Source of the DNA: Azolla caroliniana
Lineage: Eukaryota; Plantae; Polypodiophyta
Assembly (NCBI GenBank): GCA_043228905.1
Contig: JBHGNT010000001.1
Coordinates: 22,630,001-22,694,000, forward strand
Length of the DNA stretch: 64,000 nt
Direction: 5' to 3'
Numbering within the stretch: position 1 is the stretch's first letter; every line of letters starts with the position of its first letter. The translations under genes were made by a program, and so were the position numbers. The notes below the pieces were generated by a model. It was not told the DNA's origin, searched no databases, and worked only from the letters and a program-made list of their open reading frames with translations. This document shows, piece after piece, positions 33,762 to 47,700 of the stretch.

Positions 33762-35313
33762 AATACCACCAATAAATGGATGGTGCGAGGTATGCACATA
33801 TCCATCCCAATATGGTGATTGTAATGTGCATAATTGCGACATAAGCCACAAGTTGATACAAATGGTGGTGGTGTTGTGCGCAAAGATGTAGTACTCAAAT
33901 TTATGAGTAAAACATAAATAGGGGAACTCATGTGGTTTTACTTGAGTTCTAAGGCTGGATAATATCAGTTAAACCTAGATGAGTCATTGGAAAAAATCGT
34001 TCAAAAAATGGCATGATGCCCACTCAATACGAAAAAATAGTCTAGATGGAAGCGTTACACCATTAAACGTACGTAACTAGTGTAGATGAACTTAAAATAA
34101 GGGTGGTTATTTAATGACAATTATAAGAAAATCATTAGAAAGTGAAAATACAATTTCTGTAATTAGAAAATAATTAGAATAATAATCAATTAGGTGTATG
34201 AACATTAAGCATGCCATAAGGTAAGAAACCCTAGGGTAGTCGACATGCACCTCCTCAAGACAGCCACATCCCATAGAACCGGTCAAGTGATGGCTCAATA
34301 GGGAGTAGAGTGGCATAAGTAGGTGACATACACCTCGTCAAGGACACAACATCCCATAGAATCGGCCAAGTGATGGTTCAATAAAGGGAAGAGTGGCATT
34401 CGCAACATCATATGCAAAAGGGCCATGAGGTGAGTGTGTGCGATTAGGTAGGCACGTTCAACCCAATGCACAAGAATAATTATTATTGTAACATATGGCT
34501 CAAGAGAGGGGAGAGTGGGAGATACATCGCAATATTGAAAAGGGCCATGAGTTGAGCATGTGCGATTAGTGCAAACACTAAGAAAGAAAGAAATAAATAA
34601 AGAAAATAATAATTAAAATCATAGCATTGTAGAAAGTAGAATGAAAGAAAATAAAACGTAATGCAAATTTGATTCGACCAAGAAGAACGCATCAGAGAAA
34701 AGAAAAGAGAGATCGAGAAAGAAGAATACTGGGTTAAGAATGTTGTTTTGATCTTGTGAAGAGCATGACGAGCCTTGTTAGATCCCCATCGCTCACACGC
34801 AAAAAACATCAAAACAATAAAAGAAAATTGTTAGTAAATGCTCTAATACCACTGTTAAGAGTCTATTTCAAATAAATAGACCAAAGTAAAGTAAAAGAAG
34901 GAAAATAGATTGGATAGAAGAACCCGTTCCACCCGACCACCCCCGAGCTATGATCTAGACATAGCCAACATACCACCGACGTCCCATACCGCCGGATATT
35001 AGGATGACTAATACCTTGGAAGAGATAAACACAATCGTTGAGATGAAAGCCTAGCCCGCACCACTAGTGTCTAAAACAACAACCTTCCGACATAATGCCG
35101 TTATGAGGGTAGCTAAGCCTCATATTTATACCTTTTCCTAGGCCCCTTGAATAGTTGTACCTTTCTAAAAGGGTCTCCATTCATTGGTTGCCCAAATCAT
35201 GATAGTGCATGCACCTTTCATTCCTTCTATCCAATCACATTAGCCCCTTCTTAACATTAGTAAACATAACCTTCACTAATGTTAATATTAGTAACCTACC
35301 CTCAACAACGTTA

Positions 35314-38300
35314 TGTTGGGAATATGTCCCTCAAGAGGGAGGAAGAACCGATTGATCGGAAAGCTGACAGTCAATGACAGGGAAGATCCGACTGTTCGGA
35401 AAGCCGACAGTCGAAGAGTCGAAAACAGTGAGTCGACTGTTATTATTATGGTAATAATAATGATGATGTTAGGAAACAAGTCTCTCCGGACGGGGAGAGA
35501 GTGGAGCCGAGTTGAAACCAGAATCGTGTAAATAGCCAACTCGGGTGATTACACTTGTAAATAGTCTAAGTGTGCGCCCCATGAGGGCTACGTATGTAAA
35601 TAGCCAGAAAGTTGTGTAAGTATATATATACAACTAGGGCAAACTTTATGTGTGTGTGCAGAACTGTGTAAGAGCAGAAGTTGTAGTGTGTAGGAGAGCG
35701 AGAGAGAGAGAGTGTGCGTGAGCCGCGCCATAGCTGTGTGAGTAACAACAGACACGAAGAGCCCTGTGCGGCTGATACACTCGACAGAGTGTTGTAGTCC
35801 TCTCGGTGTTGTATATCCACTTTGTATAGTGAAGATTCTGTTCACCCATGATTTTCCCCGTTTTAGGGTTTCCACGTAAATCTCTATGCACCATTGTTCA
35901 TCTTGTCTTTTCTTGGCATATTTCTGTGATTCGTATTTCAGCACGTAGTTCGTTTACTGCTATCTATTTCGGAACGATTTCTGAACAAACTAGTATTAGA
36001 GTTTGAGGTGCAATCATGGAAGGAGGTGTTAGCGGTTTCCCAGGTATGATAGTTCTGAACTCACAGAACTATGCAGACTGGAAGATAAAGATGGAAGACC
36101 TTCTCATAGTAAAAGACTTGTATGAGCCAGTCGACAGAGCAGAAATACCCAGGGGGCTATTGGAGTTGGACTGGAAGATCCTAAACAGAATGCGTCGATG
36201 TAAGTGTCCTTTAGCATGTGGCGAACGACACAAATGCTTATCAGATGTGGCAGAAGCTGTCGGGTCTGTACGAGAGGAAGAACGCGCTAAACAAAACCTC
36301 GCTAATGAGAAAAATCGTACGGCTGAAATATAGAGATAGTGAGAGCATTGTCGAACACATCAGCACATTTATGGGCTATGTAAATCATCTTGCTAAGACC
36401 AAGTTTCCCCTGGATGATGCAATGCGGGCCATTGTGCTAATGTGTACACTGCCGGAAAGCTGGGAGAACCTGGTGGTTACTCTCAACACCTCCTGTCAAG
36501 AAGAGAACTTGTCTTTACAGATGGTGAAGACAAGCATCCTAAACGAGGAGGCAAGGAGGAAAGACAAAGGAGTCCTGTCCCAAACGGAGTCGAATCTGAC
36601 TCAACAAATGGAGAGAGGAAGGGACTGGCGAAGAAGTCCGCAGCGAACGGACAAATCCCACGCCAGATCGAAGTCCAGAGGTAAGCCTGTGTGCTTCGAT
36701 TGTAGAAAACTTGGACACTTCCAGAAGGACTGGCAACACATGAAGAAAGATAAGTTTGTCGGAAATAATGTCGAACCCCAGAAGATTCTGGATGAAAAGA
36801 ACACTTCGGCCATTGCTACGAGCAATGAAGAACACCTGTTCTTTTGTGAACAGATGAGTGCAAATCTTGCGAGTGACGATTGCACGTGGGTGATCGACTC
36901 TGGCGCATCCTTCCATATTACTCCGTCGAGAGAGTATTTCTCGACTTACATGACTTACATAGTCGGGGATCATGGCTATGTAAAGATGGGTGATAGTGGA
37001 GAATGCAAGATAACCGAAGTCGGAAGTGTGTGTTTAACGACGTCGATAGAGTGTCGACTAATGTTGAAGGATATTCGACATGTCCCCGATATCAGATTGA
37101 ATCTGATATCGACTAGAAGGCTTGACGACGAAGGCTACAGTGGTAGCTTTCAGAATGGCAAGTGGAAGTTATGTAGAGGAAATCTCATAGTGGCCCGAGC
37201 ATAGAAAGAAGGCACATTGTACATGATGCATGCCCGACTATGCAAACCGGAAGTAAACGTGGCAGCCAACTCCACAGGGGATATGGCATAAGAGGCTAGG
37301 CCACATGAGTGAGAAGGGAATGCACCTGCTAGCCAACCAGAAACTTCTACCAGAAGTCAAGGGTGTACACCTGGAGAGGTGTGTTGACTGCTTAGCCGGA
37401 AAGCAGAACAGGGTGGCATTCCATACAAGACCACCGAGAAGAAGAGAAGCTGCACTGGAACTAGTACACACGGATGTGTGCTATGTGGATCCTCCATCGC
37501 ATCGAGGAGGACAATACTTTGTAACGTTTATTGATGACTACAGTCGGAAGACATGGGCCTTCGTACTGAAGACGAAGGATCAAGTACTATTGGTTTTCAA
37601 AGAGTTCCAGGCAAGAGTTGAAAGAGATTCGGGTCGGAAACTGAAGGTTGTCCGAACTGATAACGATGGCCAGTACAGAGGGCAGTTTGAGGAATACTGC
37701 AAGTGCGAAGGTATTCGGATCGAATACACAGTGCCAAAGACCCCAGAATTAAACGGGCGTGCAGAGAGGATGAATCGAACAATCATGGAGAGAGTGAGGA
37801 GCATGCTCTCTCATGCGAAATTGCCAAAATCCTATTGGGCTGAGGTGTTGTACACAATTGTTTATCTGATCAACAAGTCTCCCTCAGTGCCATTAAAGGG
37901 TGATGTCCCACATAGGGTTTGGACAAGGAAGGATGTCTCTTACCAACACCTAAGGGTGTTTTGGATGTTTGGCGTATATGCATGTACCAAAGGATCAGAG
38001 GTCAAAACTCGACAGCAAGTCGAAAGCATGCATATTCATGGGATACTCGGAAGATGAGTTCGGCTACAGGTTGTGGGACTTAGTCGACAAGAAGGTAGTG
38101 AGAAGTCGGGATGTAGTCTTTCTAGAAGACAAGACAATTGAAGACTGGAAGCAACAGAAGTCAGAACCGAATCCCCAGTCAACCTCGACTACCATCGACT
38201 TAAGGCCAAGTGAGTCGTCACCGACAGTTGTAAGGAGATAGCTGGCCGACAAAGCTGAATCCAAGTCGGTCAACTCGGAAAGACCGACAGACTATGAGTC

Positions 38301-40700
38301 AGAGTCGGCAGACCTGCTAAAGTCAATTGATGAATATGAGTTGGATAACAATGAATATGAGTTGGAGTTATCCAACCTGGAGATGTCGATTGACGAGCAG
38401 AATCCTGAGCAAAGAGAAGAGTTGGCAGAGACATTCGGATTGGAGCCAACAACGAGTGGACGAAGGTACCGACTCAGAGAAAGGAAGGCACCGAGTACAT
38501 ATGTCAGTCACTACATCCTCTTCACTGATGACGGTGAACCAGAGTGCTATGAAGAAACCATTGCCGACTAGAGCAGAGGAAAATGGCTGAACGCGATACA
38601 AGAGGAGATGGAATCCCTGCACACGAATTACACCTACGACCTAGTAGAGCTACCAAAAGGTAAGAGAGCACTCAGGAATAAATGGGTCTACAAGGTGAAG
38701 ACTGGAGAAGTCGATAGTGAGCCCAGGTATAAAGCCCACATAGTGGTGAACGGTTTCCAACAGAAGAAGGGCGTCGACTTGGACGAAATATTCGCACCAG
38801 TCGTGAAGATGACATCCATACGAACTGTTCTGAGCATAGCGGCCAGCATGGATCTGGAGATCGAACTGTTGGATGTCAAAACCGCATTTCTGCATAGGGA
38901 GTTATACGAAGAGATCTACATGCATCAACCCGAAGACTTTGAGGAGAAAGGGAAAGAGAATCTGGTGTGTTGACTGAGGAAAAGCTTGTTCGTCAAAACG
39001 TACGAGGAAGGAGATTTCTTGATTCTCTTGCTATATGTTGATGATATGTTGATAGTCGGTCAAGACACAAGGAAGATTGGAAGCTTGAAGAAAGCTCTCG
39101 GCAAGTCATTTTCCATGAAAGACCTTGGACCGGCAAAGCAAATCCTAGGAATGCACATAACCCGAGACAAAGCTCGGAAGATGGTATGGTTGTCATAGCA
39201 GAAGTATGTGACGAAGATCCTAGAGAGGTTCAACATGTCGAATGCAAAGCTAGTCGACTCCGTGTTGCCGACAAACTACAGATTAAATGTGAAGCAGTGT
39301 TCGAAGGTACAGAAGGAGAAGGCAGAGATGAGGATGGTACCATATGCCTCAGCCATCGGCAGTCTAATGTATGCTATGGTTTGTACAAGACCGGACATAG
39401 CATTTGTTGTGGGAGCAGTAAGCCGATATATTAGTAATCCAGGGAGAGAACACTGGGCAGCGGTGAAATGGATACTCAAGTACTTAAAGGGCACCTTGGG
39501 GGTGTGCCTAAGGTATGGTGTCAGAAAACCTGTGCTAGAAGGTTTTACTGATTCGGACATGTCAGGAGATGTCGAGTCGAGCCAATCCACATCAGGGTAC
39601 GTGATGACCTATGCAGGGGGAGCAGTGTCGTGGCAGTCACGACTACTGAAGTTTGTAGCCTTGTCAACTACAGAGGCAGAGTATATGGCAGCGGTAGAAG
39701 CCGGAAAAGAGCTGATCTAGATGAGAAATTTTCTCACTGAACTAGGCATGAAGCAAAAGGAGTTCTTGCTTCATTGTGATAGTCAAAGTGTCATACACCT
39801 AGCCAAGAACGCAACATACCACTCCCGGACCAAGCACATACAAAGAAGGTATCACTGGTTGCGGGAGAGAGTCGAAGAAGGAGAGTTTTCCCTTGTGAAG
39901 ATCCATACCGACGACAATGGATTTGACATGCTAACGAAGAACCTACATATGCATAGACTCAGAGTCTATCGACAAAATACAGGACTGACAGATTTCCTCC
40001 CACAGGAGTGAAGGGGGAGTTTGTTCGGAATATGTCCCTCCAGTGGGAGGAAGAACTGACTGATCGGAAAGCCGACAATCGATGACATGGAAGATCCGAC
40101 TGTTCGGAAAGCCGACAATCGAAGAGTTAAAAATAGTGAGTCGATTGTTTGAAGATTCGACTATTATTATTATGGTAATAATAATGATGATGTTAGGAAA
40201 CAAGTCTCTCCGGACGGGGAGAGAGTGGAGCCAAGTTGAAACCGGAATCGTGTAAATAGCCAACTCGGGTGACTATACTTGTAAATAGTCTAAGTGTGCG
40301 CCTCATGAAGGCTACGTATGTAAATAGCCAGAAAGTTGTGTAAGTATATATATACAGCTAGGGCAAACTTTATATGTGTGTGCAGAACTATGTAGTTGTA
40401 GTGTGCAGGAGAGCGAGAGAGAGAGAGTGTGTGAGCCGATCCATAGCTGTGTGAGTAACAACAGACGTGAAGAGCCTTGTGCGGCTGATACACTCGACAA
40501 AGTGTTGTATTCCTCTCAGTGTTGTATATCCACTTTGTATAGTGAAGATTTTGTTCACCCATGGTTTTCCCCATTTTAGGGTTTCCACGTAAATCTCTGT
40601 ACACCATTGTTCATCTCGTCTTTTCTTGGCATATTTCTGTGATTCGTATTTCAGCACTTAGTTCGTTTATTGTGATCTATTCCGCAACGCTTTCGCAACA
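35314..40700 (+). mobile_element. Full-length decayed Ty1/copia element
   Basis: LTRs at 35314-35987 and 40022-40700, TSD CGTTA on both sides, a degenerate PBS at 35991, and a PPT before 40022. Confidence 0.93.
36016..40011 (+). pseudogene. Copia gag-pol pseudogene related to 28982-33053
   Basis: ORF fragments 36016-36333, 36218-37204, 37305-38057, 38608-38973, 39208-39720 and 39721-40011. Confidence 0.92.
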
Positions 40701-43067
40701 CGTTATGTGTACATAACACATGTTGTCGCAGTAGATCAGGATCAGAGTTCTATCAGAAGGTCTTGCAGCAACTGTCCAAGCGAGATGGCTTCACAAGTGG
40801 CAACGGTAGCGCCCCGATACTTAGCCTCAGTGCTGGAAAGGGCCACTGTCGACTGCTTATTGGTGCTCAACGCAACAAGTGTGCTACCCAAAGAAAACAT
40901 AAATCTGGAAGTGGATCGTCGATTTGTCGCATCTCTGGCCCAGTCGGCATTTGTATATCCGACTAGCTTTTCGGTTATACCGTGTCGGTATAACAGTCCC
41001 ATGTTCTTAGTTCCGCTCACATACCTCACTATTCGGTGCGCGCACTGAAGGTGCTCCACGGTTGGCTTCTACATGAACTAACTTAGCGCACCGACCGGAT
41101 AGCTAATGTCAGGTCGGGTGATCGTCAGATAAATAATCTTTCTCTTTCTCGTTGCAGGCCAGTCAGGAGTCTGGGCGAAGCTTCAGATTCCGGTCCAGAG
41201 GAGTCGAGATGGATTTGCATTCCATCATACCAAATTTGAAGAGCATACTCAACATAGTGGCATTGACTGATCAGTATGCCTACCAAGGTGCGGATCACTT
41301 TGATCCCGAGGAAGTAATGAAGGTCCCCGAGATCCTTCATTTCAAATGATGCTGCGAGCCGGGAATTGACGTGACCAATTTCAGCACGTCTGGGTCCGGT
41401 GATAACTAGATCATCTACATATAACAGGAAACATACCAGACCGTCTGGACCTTTCTGGATGAACAACGAATAGTCCGACTTGGAGGCCGCAAATCTCATC
41501 TTATGCAACCAGTGCATAATCTTTGAATTCCAAGCACGAGGGGCTTACTTCAGGCTGTAAAGCGACTTCTTGAGTTGGCACACTACCGATTTGTTCATTT
41601 TCGACTGAAAAACAGGGGGGCTGGATCATGTAGAATTGTTGTTCAAGATCTTCGTGAAGAAACACATTCTTCACGTCCATTTGGTAAAGATGCCACCCCC
41701 TTGCCGCAACAACTGCTAGTGCCACATGAAACGTCGTCATCTTTGTTACCAGAGCGAAGGTCTCGTCGTAGCGTATTCTTTGGCCACTAACCAGGCCTTA
41801 TACCGGTTGACGGAGCCGTTGGTATTGTATTTGACCTTGTATACCCAATGACAACCGATTGGCTTCACTCCTTTCTGTACGTCCACTAAATCCCACATCT
41901 CATTTCCCCTAAGTGCATGCATCTCCTCCTCCATACCGGCAAGCCAATGTGCGTCCCTTGCCATTTCTGAGCAACTCTCCGGCTCATGCACCTCCTCCAC
42001 TTTCATCATGTACCCATAGTGATGTGCCATGTACTCACTATAGCCGTACCTTTTTAAGGGATTCTTCTGGCGGGTGGATCAACGTTACTTCTCGTTGGAC
42101 GATTTCAAGGCTCTCTTGGCTTGCTCGAACTTCGTCTCTCAAGGTCCATCTTCGTTCTTTCCGGAGTCAGATTTGATCCGATTTGACTCGTCTCTACTAG
42201 TGGCGTACTTTAGCATCTTCTTCTTCCCCTTCCCTTTGCGCATGAACCATCTCCTAGGTTCCTTACACGGGGAGCGCATGGCCGAGTCACCCCTACTCGC
42301 CGACACTTCATCTGAGTAGTCATTCCGACACAGTCGCTCATTCGACCCATTTAGCTGGAATGACAATGGACTCTCATCTAAAGTATTGAATCCTTCTTCA
42401 TCTTCTGCCCGGATCGATTTGGGCTCACTGGCCTCGTCCTCCGGAATCGGGTTGGAATCGGACATTGGAGCCGATAGAGAGTACCATGATGCCGATTCAT
42501 CAAATTCGACATCTCGGCTCACTCGAACTTGTTTCGTTCGGGGGTTATAGCACTTATAACCCTTTTTCTCATCTAAGTAGCCGACAAGGATGCACTTCTC
42601 TGACATCGGGTCCAACTTTCTCCGCTTCTCATCCCGCACATGCACGTATGCAATGCTAGCGAATATCTTAAGGTGCCTTAAATTCGGCTTTTGCCTCAAA
42701 TATAGCTCATGTGATGACACCTTATCCCCGATCCGGAGTTGGATGTAGACGGCCATCTGGACCGCTTCGGCTCAGTAGAACTTGGGCATGCTCTTCTCTT
42801 CCAACATTGCCCGTGCTACCTCAACAATTGACCAGTTCTTCCTTTCGGCCACGCCATTTTATTCCGGTGTGTATCGGCAACTGAATTCCCTCTAAATTCC
42901 TTTCTGCTACAAATAACTATTGAATTAGCCGGTAAAGTATTCTTTTCTACCATCTGACCGCAGACACTTGATCTTCCTCTCCATTTCCCGTTCTACAAGA
43001 CTTTGCAGGTTTCGAAAATAGTCGAAAAGTTCGCTTTTCCTTTTGATTAGGTAGATCCATGTGTGCC

Positions 43068-43832
43068 AAAACGGTATGAAGAGTACCCGGCTACGGAGAG
43101 CCGGATGGTGCAGGCCCAGTATGAACCGGATGAAGAGTACCCGGCTACGGAGAGCCGGATGGTGCAAGCCCGGTATGAACCGGATGAAGAGTACCCGGCT
43201 ACGGAGAGCCGGATGGTGCAGGCCCGGTATGAACCGGATGAAGAGTACCCGGCTACGGAGAGCCGGATGGTGCAGGCCCGGTATGAACCGGATGAGGAGT
43301 ACCCGGCTACGGAGAGCCGGATGGTGCAGGCCCGGTATGAACCGGATGAGGAGTACCCGGCTACGGAGAGCCGGATGGTGCAGGCCCGGTATGAACCGGA
43401 GGAAGAGACATATTCGTAAATATGTTTCTGAGAGCCCATCGAGGCTATATTTGTAAATAGCCGAAAAGTCATATTAGTATAAATATGACTTAGGGAAAAC
43501 TTTTAAGGTGTCAGTCATTTTCTTCTTGTTGGTGCAAGAAGAAGAGTGAGCACGTAACGTTGTATAGAGAGAGAGAGAGAAAGAGGTCGTTGCCTCCGTT
43601 GTAACCGCCGCCTGTGGCGAAGAGCGTGAGTCCGAGGTCGTTGCCTCCAAGAACTCTGAACTGTTTTGTACATTCATACATAGTGACAGTTCGCAACCTG
43701 CCGTGGTTTTTCCTCCAGTTTGGGGTTTTCCACGTTAACCTCCTATGTAGTGTGTGTGTATCTTCCTCTCCTTTGTATCATGTTGTATTTCCCGTTTTTC
43801 TGTGTATGAAAAGAATCTCGGTTGTGGCCGAG
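43068..43832 (+). repeat. Truncated copia LTR fragment with ~6 copies of a 54-bp tandem repeat
   Basis: Unit GGTATGAACCGGATGARGAGTACCCGGCTACGGAGAGCCGGATGGTGCAGGCCC. Downstream sequence is homologous to LTR 28291-28950. TG/CA ends are absent. Confidence 0.8.
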
Positions 43833-44768
43833 CCTTGCGTATAAGGAACGTTGGGTTCTCGTCAATGTATTAGATCGAGCTTTTTACAATGTTGGTTTCT
43901 TTCAGTGGGAAATGGAAGCTGGTGTTGCTTCTCGAGTTGGGAGGCTTCAATAATTTAGACCTTCCGACCACTGAATTTTGGCAATCTGAAATTAACCTGT
44001 ATCGATTGCAAGTCTTGAAGCCTCTTGTAGTTGACATGGCCGATCTGCTTGTGCCAGAGGTCGATATCCGATTCAACCTTCTTCCATTTTGCGAAAGTGG
44101 TACCGACGTAGTTGGTGTCGAGGATGAAGATCCTCCTATCTTGACATGAGTCAAAAAAACTTCTTCGACATGCACAATCAGGTGAGGAGTGTCGTCTATG
44201 GTTTCGACAACTCCCAGTTGCTCCGACTTTTCCAGAAATGAGAACCATTCTTCGTGGCTCATCATGTTGTTAGATGCTCCGGAGTCAACGTACCACACTT
44301 CCTTTGATCCGGAAGTGGTCTTCTTCATCAAGTTCACCTTGTGTTTCATCAAAAAGGTTAGCCCTTGTCCGATCTTTCCGGTTCTAGATCCTTCTAATCC
44401 TTCTACATGGTGCGAGCTTTGTCGATTCCCTTGTCCGTCCTTGCCGGATCCGGATTTATCCAAATCAGCACGCTTATTCCAGCACTCGCTCTCCCTGTGG
44501 CCTTTCTGGCCACAATACCAACATTCCATTGCAGTCTTCTCTTGCCGGCACCGCTTTGACTAACCCTTCTTGTGGAGGGCCCGGAACTATTGTTGACACC
44601 CTCCTTGTACATTCGGTTCAGCTCTTGTCGGCTGCTTCCACCGAGTGCCGATCCGGATCATCCTCCACTACCACGGAGCCGATCCGCCTCCGTGTGCATG
44701 CTTGTTGACGCACCCACGTGGTTCTCCTCTACAAGGAGCATCGATTGTAAGTCGAAAAACGAGGACGT

Positions 44769-47700
44769 TGTCGTGCCTTTCGGCTCCGGATCGTTGCGTG
44801 AGTCGGGTGGGAACCGCCGAGGTTTTGGACTAGGAGAAAGAAGAATATGAGATGAGGCTAGTAATGAATAGATTATTAGAAAGAGAGATAGAAATTTCGT
44901 GAATCCCACGAGTGTATTTTATTCGATTAATCAATATTTAGATAAGAATATGTATTTAGATTGAAAGAAAGATATAAGAAACTTGTGAATCCCACAAGTA
45001 TAGATTATATTATTTTCGTGAATCCCACGATTATATTAATCGGTTGGTGTTTTCGAAAATATATCCAATTTCCAAATATTTCACACGCCTATTACATTGT
45101 GCTCCCCATCCTTATGTAGTGATGGGAGAGACTAAGCATAGCTACATGCTTTTTTTTTAATATGTTCATGCACACTAAATGTGCATGTGATGCTTTTCTA
45201 ATCCTTGCTTTTATTTGCTAAATATAGTGCTCATGCACGCTAGATGTGCATGAGTCACTTTTTAGTTGCTTGCGTTTTTCTATAAAATATTCACGCACTC
45301 TAAAAATGCACGATTTACCTTTTAATAAAGGTAGGTGCAAATAAAGCACTTATAGTTATTAAATCTGTTTGTAGAACACTAAAGATAAGGTAGCATAATG
45401 GTAAAGTTGAGGTTTGGCTACGTGGAGGTACAAGGTTCAAATCTTGCCCTATGCACGTGATAAATATCTTGATATTCTTATTTTATTTATTTATATGTAA
45501 TTAAATCGGTTATATTATTTTTACTTTTTCACGTAGTGTACGAAATACACTACGACACTCGCCCCCTCCGAACCCGCACATCCTCCGGTATGTGCCGAAG
45601 TTGCCGATGCTCGTTGTCTCCCCTTCATCCTCCGTTTGTCCCGCTATGTCAACTTTGTCTCTCCATTTTGAGTAGACCCATTCTTTCCACCCGAACCATT
45701 GTCGCCATCCGATCCACCATATTCTTTGTTCTGTCTCGTCATATTCTTGGCCCTTGTCATTCGTGGTAGTGTCTTTTACTGGCCTCTTTCTTGTCTTCAT
45801 CAACCTTGACTTTTTTCCGGATCGCTCTCGTCCGATCGACTTTCGGTTTGATCGGCTTCCGATCGGAATCGGTTGTTCGGTTTTGATTGAGTCGGTCTCC
45901 TTCCGCCCCGGTTTCGATCTATCGGTTTCGGTTTCGGTTGGCTTTCTTTTCCTCGTTTTCACCAGCCTCGACCGGTCCAACCTCCGGTTGAGTCGAATTA
46001 GCTTCTTTCCGGATCGATCTCGTCCGATTGGCTTTCGGCTAGGTCGGCTTCCATCCATATTCGCATTCGGCCAAGTCAGACTCGGTTGATCGGTTTTGAC
46101 CGAGTCGACCCCTTTTCGGGTCGGCTTTCTTTCAGGTCGTCTTTCGGCCGAATCCTCATTCGCCCGATTCAGCTTTCGTTTGTGTCGTCTTTCAGCCGAA
46201 TTCTCTTCCTTTCAGTTCGGCTTTCTTTCGGGTCGACTTTCGGTCGAATCCTCTTTTACCCGGTTAGGCTTTCTTTCGGATCGGAATCCCGTCCGGATCA
46301 CCTTCCATCCGAACCGGCTTCCGACTTTACCTTTCTTGCCGCCACCTCCCGTCTCTCCGGTCTCACGTTGGTTCTCGGACACAACCGCCGAAGTCTCTAG
46401 GATTAGTGGGTAGGAATCCTCGGTATTATCATCCTCTGTCATTTCAACCATAGCCTCCTTCTCGGCTATCTCTCCGTCGTATGAATCGGCTTCGACCTTT
46501 GTTTTCTCTCCACCACCTTCCGTCTCTTCGGTCTCACGTTGCCTTTCGAATGCAACCGCCGGAGTCTCTGGAATCAGTGGTGGAGAAATCTCGATATGGC
46601 CATCCGCCATTGATTCGTCCATAGCCACCTTCGATTCGATGTCATCTTTCTTGGTGACCTCCTCAATCAAGTCCTCCTTGCTCTCTTTCACTGCATCAAT
46701 TATGGAAACATCAATTATGCTTACCCCTTTTTCACCTGATGTTTCGGACACTTGTATTCTGAAATCTTCTTCTACACTTGGGTTATCGGCCTTATCCTTC
46801 GTCGTTGTTCTTTCGCAAGACAAGAGGGTAGCTTGTTTTACACCCTCTTCCGTCGCACCATCATGTTGTATTTCGGCCTTCATATCGGCTCCATCGTTTG
46901 TCTTCAATCGACCATCCTTCATTGGCCATGTCGTTGAGAAGATTCTCATCTTCCTCTCATCATGTCTCCCGCATACCCTTTGGACTTCGGCCCAATTTTC
47001 GGTAAGACCATTTGTACCTTCATCGTCTTCGAGTTCGATCCCGATGTCCATCCTTTCTTTTCGATCGATCGATTTTACGAACATTAGGCCTTATCCTCCC
47101 CCACCAACCGTTGTTCCTGCTCCGAGAGTTGAGCAAGACGATGCTCGAACTCTAGGAATGCTTGTGTTGCACTTCGGTGGGTCTTCTACGATGCCACCCA
47201 TTCGTCGAATTTTCGCTGGTCTTGTCCCTTTGATCTCTTGTAATCATATGCCTCTCGTAAAGCTTCTTCGAATGACCCCCATGTCGAGTTTTGTTGCCGT
47301 ATCTTGTGGATTCTCTCTTGTAGCTCATCCGTGGCCACCCGATTGAAGGATGTCACTTGCAATCCTTCCGGTATCCCACATCGTATCATCTCCGCCTGTT
47401 GGGATTTCGGTCCCTCCGGATGGGATGTCCGGAGATGAATGACGGCAAGCCCGGTTGCGGTTACGGTGCCGGATGATGAAGACCCCGGCTACGGAGCCGG
47501 ATGATGAAGACCCCGGTTACGGTGCCGGATGATGAAGACCCCGGGTACGGAGCCGGATGATGAAGACCCCGGCTACGGTGCCGGATGATGAAGACCTCGG
47601 CTACGGAGCCGGATGATGAATACCCCGGCTACGGAGCCGGATGCTGAAGACCCCGGTTACGGAGCCGGATGACGAATGTACCCGGAGGGAGATCCGGATG

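Larger units (their letters stand above)
34100..40718 (-). mobile_element. Non-coding (non-autonomous) LTR element fragment; LTR 34853-35313 plus 40701-40718, split by a copia insertion
   Basis: Degenerate iMet PBS at 34840-34851. The LTR and the repeat-containing non-coding interior match 51206-52388 in the opposite orientation. Confidence 0.75.

Noticed and set aside
43047-43472. Repeat-protein ORFs (YEPDEEYPATESRMVQAR)n
   Set aside because: They are a by-product of a 54-bp LTR tandem repeat that is open in several frames on both strands.
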